Positions 27,061-32,000 of a stretch of DNA of 32,000 bases are shown here, in pieces. The stretch comes from Nostoc punctiforme PCC 73102. GTDB lineage: Bacteria; Cyanobacteriota; Cyanobacteriia; Cyanobacteriales; Nostocaceae. Within the stretch, counting starts at the first letter, position 1. Each line of letters starts with the position of its first letter. A program made the position numbers and the translations under genes. The notes beneath the pieces were generated by a model, which did no database searches, was not told where the DNA came from, and saw only the letters and a list, made by a program, of their open reading frames with translations. Where the stretch lies: assembly GCF_000020025.1 (NCBI RefSeq), contig NC_010628.1:5940001-5972000 (forward strand), read 5' to 3'.

Positions 27061-27918
27061 ATGGGCAGAAATTTAAAAATTACAATTGCAGCTATTTTAA
27101 CCTTAGCGATCGCTGGATGTGCTTCTGAAGATACACAACAAGCCGTTAATCCTGCGCCGATTCCTAAAATAGTAGCAAAGTCTCCACCAACGGCTCAATC
27201 CTTTAAGAATCCAGTGATACCTGCCAAACAGGTTTCACAAGCTACTCCTGTATCTGTTAACTTGATTCAATCCACTAATCCTACAGAGCGGGCACCGTTA
27301 ATTCTAGTATCAAAAGAACGGACTGACCCATTTGCCCAAATTTTTGGGCAGACGGTTTCGGGAATGCCTAAAACATCTGGAACTGGAAAACCTGTTCCTG
27401 TCTTGCCTAAGCTACCGACTGCATCGCTAGCAGGACGAAAACTTTCAACACCTCGCATAGCTTTAAATCAGAAGAAAAATAATATTGCTTCTGTACCAAA
27501 AAAAGTTAATTCTACTTTGACTTCAGTCTTACCTAAGGTTTTGCCTCAAGTTGTCCCCAACCCGACTTTAGTATCTGTATTGCCACCAGCAGCACAACCT
27601 GAGTTAGCAAGGGCAGTTATTGTGACTGGTGTAGTTCTAATTAGTAAGGAACCGCAGGCAATTATCAAAGTACCAGATGAGCCGACGAGTCGCTATGTGC
27701 AAGCAGGACAGCGATTAGCAAATGGCGTACTGATTAAACGGATTGAAATGAATGGAGGCTCCAACCCGATTGTAATTCTCGAACAATTTGGTATCGAAGT
27801 TGCCAAAATGGTAGGGGAAGGGGCCGTCAACTCAACACCATCAGCTACATCTGCTAATGGAAATCCTATTTCAGTGGCAACGCCCTCCTCAAATCCTCTT
27901 AATGTTGGAGCTTCATAG
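27061..27918 (+). CDS. Proline-rich lipoprotein with PilP-like C-terminal beta domain (285 aa)
   Basis: Lipobox LAIAGC. R.DPF motif (RTDPFAQIF). Long Pro/Lys-rich linker. C-terminal VTGVVLISKEPQAIIKVPDEPTSRYVQAGQRLANGVLIKRIEMNGGSNPIVILEQFGIEV resembles the PilP/GspC-HR pattern. Confidence 0.7.
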   Translation: MGRNLKITIAAILTLAIAGCASEDTQQAVNPAPIPKIVAKSPPTAQSFKNPVIPAKQVSQATPVSVNLIQSTNPTERAPLILVSKERTDPFAQIFGQTVSGMPKTSGTGKPVPVLPKLPTASLAGRKLSTPRIALNQKKNNIASVPKKVNSTLTSVLPKVLPQVVPNPTLVSVLPPAAQPELARAVIVTGVVLISKEPQAIIKVPDEPTSRYVQAGQRLANGVLIKRIEMNGGSNPIVILEQFGIEVAKMVGEGAVNSTPSATSANGNPISVATPSSNPLNVGAS

Positions 27919-27920
27919 AG

Positions 27921-28172
27921 ATGGAGACTAAGGAAAAAATTGAATTCGCTGGTTGTCCTTTAGCTGTCTATAGAGAGATAGCAGCTCATTTACGTCAAGT
28001 TGAAGGGGTAGAAGTGGATTTAATTCCCCAATCATCCCAACAGTTTGATTACAATCAAAGTCAAATTGGTGCTTTGTCCATCTCGTGGACAGCGAATTCT
28101 GGTTCAGAAAGTCGGCAACAAGTTAAGCAAATTTTGACTTACTATCAAAATCGCTATATAAATCCTATTTGA
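27921..28172 (+). CDS. Small hypothetical protein (83 aa), start 2 nt after the upstream stop
   Basis: ATG follows the lipoprotein stop codon (TAG 27916-27918) after a 2-nt gap. A strong terminator follows immediately. Confidence 0.55.
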   Translation: METKEKIEFAGCPLAVYREIAAHLRQVEGVEVDLIPQSSQQFDYNQSQIGALSISWTANSGSESRQQVKQILTYYQNRYINPI

Positions 28173-28194
28173 TTTGTGAAAATTCAAGCCTCAG

Positions 28195-28232
28195 ATTCCC
28201 GACTTCTTAGGAAAGTCGGGAATTTTGTTGTT
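28195..28232 (+). terminator. Rho-independent terminator of the sigF-lipoprotein-small ORF unit
   Basis: 11-bp perfect stem ATTCCCGACTT (28195-28205) / AAGTCGGGAAT (28213-28223), 7-nt loop, then TTTGTTGTT. Confidence 0.65.
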
Positions 28233-28253
28233 CATAAATAACCGAGTAGGACT

Positions 28254-28922
28254 ATGGTGTATGACGACTTGATACCAATTCTTTGTTAAACTGCACAAAA
28301 TCAAGCTTGGTGAAACTTGGGGGATTTTGCCCTTTGTTTGGGAGCAACCTCAGAGAAAATCTGTATTAGTACTGAGGTGATGACTGGACGATGTTGAGAT
28401 AGCAGAAAATGTGATGATTTGGTAAAAATCCTCCCTGTCTGGGGGTATGAAACGACGTTTGCAGATTGCCAGAGCCTTATTGCATCAACCGCAAATTCTG
28501 TTTTTGGATGAACCAACGGTAGAATTGGACCCCCAAACCAGGCGAAGTCTCTGGGAAATTATTCGGGATTTAAATAAACAAGGGAGACGATGCTACTGAC
28601 GACCCATTATATGGATGAGGTTGAATTTTTGTGCGATGCTTTTTGCTTTACCAAGCTAGGATGCATCGGTATTATGGATGGCGATAGGCTGATTTGTTTC
28701 GGAACTTTACCACAGCTCCATTCTGTTTACGAAAAAGGTTTAGTGATGAAGCAATTGAGTGTGTCTGAAGTGGGAAATGATAGCGTCCGTAGTTGGAAAT
28801 ATTTGTTTTTCCAATCTTTGGAAGCAGTAAATGTCTACTTAAATGAACAGCCCGATAAAACCGGAATGGTGGTGCGTCCCTCTAATCTGGAAGATATTTT
28901 TGTGGAATTAACGGGACGCTAG
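28254..28922 (+). pseudogene. Decayed ABC transporter ATP-binding protein gene (ABC-2/DrrA-like)
   Basis: Fragments lie in three frames. KIKLGETWGIL is the pre-Walker-A strand. LRENLY* is the post-Q-loop motif. The [32 protein letters not shown] fragment (28435-28530) holds the signature and Walker [13 protein letters not shown]...LEDIFVELTGR (28590-28922) holds the H-loop and C-terminus. Walker A is absent, and there are frameshifts at A-runs and in-frame stops. Confidence 0.65.
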
Positions 28923-28933
28923 TTAGATTAACT

Positions 28934-29614
28934 TCATCCTCCTAACTGCCGCAGCATAGCTTCCACTCTGTCTACTCCTTGTAAATCATTGCGCCGCTTG
29001 TACAAGTCGCGGGCTTTCTGAAGCAAGCTGTTAGCTTGTTTGGTTTGTCGTCGCTGTTTATACATCGAACCCATCAACTCATAAGTCTGGGCGTTGTTCT
29101 TATCCAAGTCGATTGCTTGTTGGTATGCCCAGGTAGCAGCAGTATAGTCTCCCATACGAGATTGCGTCACAGCTAATCCTAAATAGGCGTTAACGTTATT
29201 ACGGTTTAGCTGTATGGCCCTACGGTAGCCTTCTTTTGCCCCAGCAGTGTCTCCCAAATTGGCTTTGATGTAACCCACAGCGTAGTAAAAATCACTGTTG
29301 TTAGGGTTGATGGCGATCGCACGACGATAAGAAGTTAGTGCTGCCTGGTAATTTCCCTGTTGCGCGTATAAGTAGCCAATACCTGAATGGATTTTAGCAT
29401 TTTTGGGATCTAGACTAGCTGCTTGCTGATAAACTGCGATCGCACCACTATAATCACCACTATCTACTAACCTTCGTCCTTCTTCTAGTAGTTGCTTTAA
29501 TTGTGGGTTTTTGGCTTGCGCCACTAATACCTGAGCTTGAGCTACTGAAGGTACGGTGAAGGCAAAACATCCTAGTAACACCACACTAAACACGAATGAT
29601 GTTGGCTTGTACAC
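28934..29614 (-). CDS. Secreted/lipid-anchored tetratricopeptide (TPR) repeat protein (226 aa)
   Basis: GVT start GTG. Signal peptide FVFSVVLLGCFAFTVPSVAQA. About five 34-aa TPR units (..Y..AI..Y..A...DP.NA.....G..Y...G.Y..A...). Confidence 0.8.
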   Translation of the reverse strand: MYKPTSFVFSVVLLGCFAFTVPSVAQAQVLVAQAKNPQLKQLLEEGRRLVDSGDYSGAIAVYQQAASLDPKNAKIHSGIGYLYAQQGNYQAALTSYRRAIAINPNNSDFYYAVGYIKANLGDTAGAKEGYRRAIQLNRNNVNAYLGLAVTQSRMGDYTAATWAYQQAIDLDKNNAQTYELMGSMYKQRRQTKQANSLLQKARDLYKRRNDLQGVDRVEAMLRQLGG

Positions 29615-30256
29615 AGTAAATTTCCTGAAATTTTAGAGGACTTTTTTCTTGTACATTAAAACAAAAATATGGATTTTTGAAAACTGTATTTATTCGTATG
29701 AATTTAGATGTTAATAGTTCATTCACTATTCCTTTACATTCAGCACTCCATAAGAGACTTTTGGCTGAAGGATGAGTAGAAGCTATCAAGGATCAAATGA
29801 GCTTATCCTATATAAAACAGTACAACAGCAAAACGACACCTTTTTTCATCAGTATTTATACGCATTTCTTGAGAAATATCAACAGACACCTAAGTTAATC
29901 CTATATTTTGATAGGCCAATCTTACAGGGTTTGGTATTCATTGATGTTTATTATTTAATTTAATATTTTGCTGACTCTTTATTTAGTTTTTAGTTTTTTA
30001 TACTACCTTTTGAGAAGTCATCATCTCGGCATTAACATCTTTTTTTGACCATTACACGGTAAGATAAATCTAATCAGTCAAATGTTCATTTAAGTCCTAG
30101 GTTTTGGTGAGGACAATAATAGAGCTGAAAGCATAATGTCAAGTTGCGCGAGAGGATGTTTATTCAACCTGTATTTTGTAATCAAAGTTACAATTTTTCA
30201 CATAGTTGGATAAACATCTGAATAATCAATATGTATATTATCTAGGAAGTTAATTT

Positions 30257-30583
30257 ATGATTATAACTACTACTGACGTAATTCAAGGAGCCGTGATTGA
30301 GTCATATTTAGGCATTGTGACAGCAGAAGTAGTCTACGGCAGCAATTTCTTACGGGATTTTTTGGCTGGTATTCGCGATATTATCGGTGGACGCACTGCT
30401 AGCTATGAGCGTCTATTTGAGCAGGGTCAACGCAAGGCATTAGAAGAATTAGAACAACGGGCACAACGTTTAGGAGCAAATGCTGTAATCGGGATTGAAA
30501 TTGACACTGGCACAATCAATCTTGACCAATCAGGAGTTCTTTTGCTGATTACTGCCACAGGTACTGCTGTAAAAATGCGTTAG
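30257..30583 (+). CDS. YbjQ/UPF0145 family (heavy-metal-binding-like) protein (108 aa)
   Basis: MIITTTDVIQG...YLGIVTAEVVYGSNFLRDFLAGIRDIIGGR...NAVIGIEID matches the YbjQ_1 family pattern. Confidence 0.85.
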   Translation: MIITTTDVIQGAVIESYLGIVTAEVVYGSNFLRDFLAGIRDIIGGRTASYERLFEQGQRKALEELEQRAQRLGANAVIGIEIDTGTINLDQSGVLLLITATGTAVKMR

Positions 30584-30928
30584 TTTTTATTGGCTATATA
30601 AATTACTTGGTTAGGAATTTTAAAGTATTACAAAAGTTTTTTATTAAGTTAAAGCTCCAGCCAGATAGATTGTTTTATTATGTCAGAGAATAATTATATT
30701 TTAATTTAAGTATTTTCCTGAAAAAGCTCTAAAAAATTATTAAAAAATAAATGCTAGTTTTTGGATTAAATATTGTTAAATAAATTTGAATTTTATTACT
30801 AAAGATAGATTAAATAAGTATTTCTATTGATAGATAGAAAATTATATGATTTAGCTATTTAATTTTAAGCATAAACATGAATATACCTGAGATAAAGTTT
30901 GCGGAAACAGTACTGGAGAACATAAGCT

Positions 30929-31561
30929 ATGTCATACGTAAATCGGACAGGTAATGACGTTATTTCTACTGAGCCTGTGGTAGCAGGGCGAGTAGCCGAG
31001 TATCACGACCTTGTTCGCTGGGGACCGATTATTTCGGGTTTACTAGTATCTTTAGCTACTCAACTAATTTTAAGCGCTATAATTGGTGCGGTTGCAGCAG
31101 GCACAGTCGAAGGTTCAGGTGCGCCCAGATCAATTGCTCCTAACGCTGCAGGTAATGCGGGACTTTGGTCAACTATCGCTTTGCTAATATCCTTATTTAC
31201 TGGTGGTTGGGTTACAGCCCGTGCTTGTGGACCAATGAACCGTAATACCGCTCTTCTTAATGGTGCAATTCTTTGGGCAACGACTTTGGCAGTTAGCTCA
31301 TGGTTGTTAGCAAGTGGGGTATCTGGTGCTTTTGGTGTTGCTGCTTCTAACGCTGGGGAAGTTATAAACCAGGTACAACAGCAAGGTGGTGTTAATGTAC
31401 CACGAGCAAACATAAGTGCCCAACAAGCTCGTGATGCGGCTGCTAATTTGCGTTCGGGACTGTGGTGGTTTGTGTTTGGTTCTTTGTTGGGTTTAATAGC
31501 CTCAATGATTGGAGCCGTAACTGGAGCTCGTAGTCCTCGGGCTAACACTTACAATCCTTAA
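30929..31561 (+). CDS. Gly/Ala-rich integral membrane protein, about 4 TM helices, function unknown (210 aa)
   Basis: ATG with GGAGA 9 nt upstream. Four hydrophobic segments. A terminator follows. The opposite-strand 162-aa ORF looks like an artefact of the GC-rich codon bias. Confidence 0.7.
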   Translation: MSYVNRTGNDVISTEPVVAGRVAEYHDLVRWGPIISGLLVSLATQLILSAIIGAVAAGTVEGSGAPRSIAPNAAGNAGLWSTIALLISLFTGGWVTARACGPMNRNTALLNGAILWATTLAVSSWLLASGVSGAFGVAASNAGEVINQVQQQGGVNVPRANISAQQARDAAANLRSGLWWFVFGSLLGLIASMIGAVTGARSPRANTYNP

Positions 31562-31595
31562 ATAATTATTCGACAAGCAAAATATTATCAACTTC

Positions 31596-31624
31596 AAAAG
31601 CACTTAAAAAAGTGCTTTTTGTTT
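31596..31624 (+). terminator. Rho-independent terminator
   Basis: 9-bp stem AAAAGCACT (31596-31604) / AGTGCTTTT (31611-31619), loop TAAAAA, then TGTTT. Confidence 0.65.
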
Positions 31625-32000
31625 ATTATTCAAGACTGGCATTTGTAGCATCCAATTGATTCTGCCGTTGTCAAAATACGACTATAAATTGCTTTTAAAA
31701 TTTAGCTTAAACTTTAAAAAAGTAGCGATGGATGCTACTGGGAAAATACGAACCATCGTAACCAAATTCAAAACAATATTTTACTTGTACTACTTTATAA
31801 GATAGCTCTTGATCGGACTATGCAATTTTAATCAGATATTTTTTTTAAAAGAGAAATATATTAATCTCACAACTTTTTGCATACTAATTTTATAAGTAAA
31901 TTGCAACTTTAGTTGTATATCCGAAGTTGAGTATCAGTATGGAATGTTTCTTACTAAAGGATCATGAATATATCGTATTTGAATAGCTAAATTAAAAAAG

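Noticed and set aside
29586-29963. 67-aa (-) and 63-aa (+) ORFs in the AT-rich region upstream of the TPR gene
   Set aside because: They are AT-rich and overlap each other. The translations are low-complexity, and neither has a ribosome-binding site or terminator. Probably promoter DNA.
31060-31548. 162-aa minus-strand ORF
   Set aside because: It mirrors the Gly/Ala-rich membrane protein gene on the plus strand, which has a ribosome-binding site and a terminator. The antisense open frame is explained by codon composition.

Overview
This window looks like a chromosomal segment from a filamentous, Nostoc/Anabaena-like cyanobacterium. By manual scan I count about 19 exact HIP1 octamers (GCGATCGC). 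It also has Nostocales-style dispersed intergenic repeats, an FtsZ with a long N-terminal extension, and psbO, crtW and cofG. Most of the window is ordinary core gene content: a SemiSWEET gene; a radical-SAM / CPXCG / SRPBCC trio; an SDR oxidoreductase; crtW; cofG; hflX; a PEP-CTERM protein; grxC-gshB; ftsQ...ftsZ; psbO; a group-3 sigma factor (sigF-like) with two downstream genes; a decayed ABC ATPase; a TPR protein; a ybjQ-family gene; and a membrane protein. From memory (unverified), the sigF-psbO...ftsQ-ftsZ neighbourhood resembles Anabaena PCC 7120. The left edge carries the 5' part of a cobalamin riboswitch that faces out of the window. The most interesting locus is 16622-23197. It holds two same-strand genes: a stand-alone P-loop ATPase (443 aa), and a 1683-aa giant built from a degenerate NTPase-like N-domain, a TPR-like helical region, an active STAND-type P-loop, one hydrophobic helix, and 14 WD40 repeats. 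Neither gene has a recognisable effector domain. A dispersed repeat occupies the spacer between them. I regard this as an uncharacterised NLR/STAND-like signalling or conflict module, and that function is inferred, not demonstrated. I saw no tRNA, rRNA, CRISPR array, transposase or integrase.
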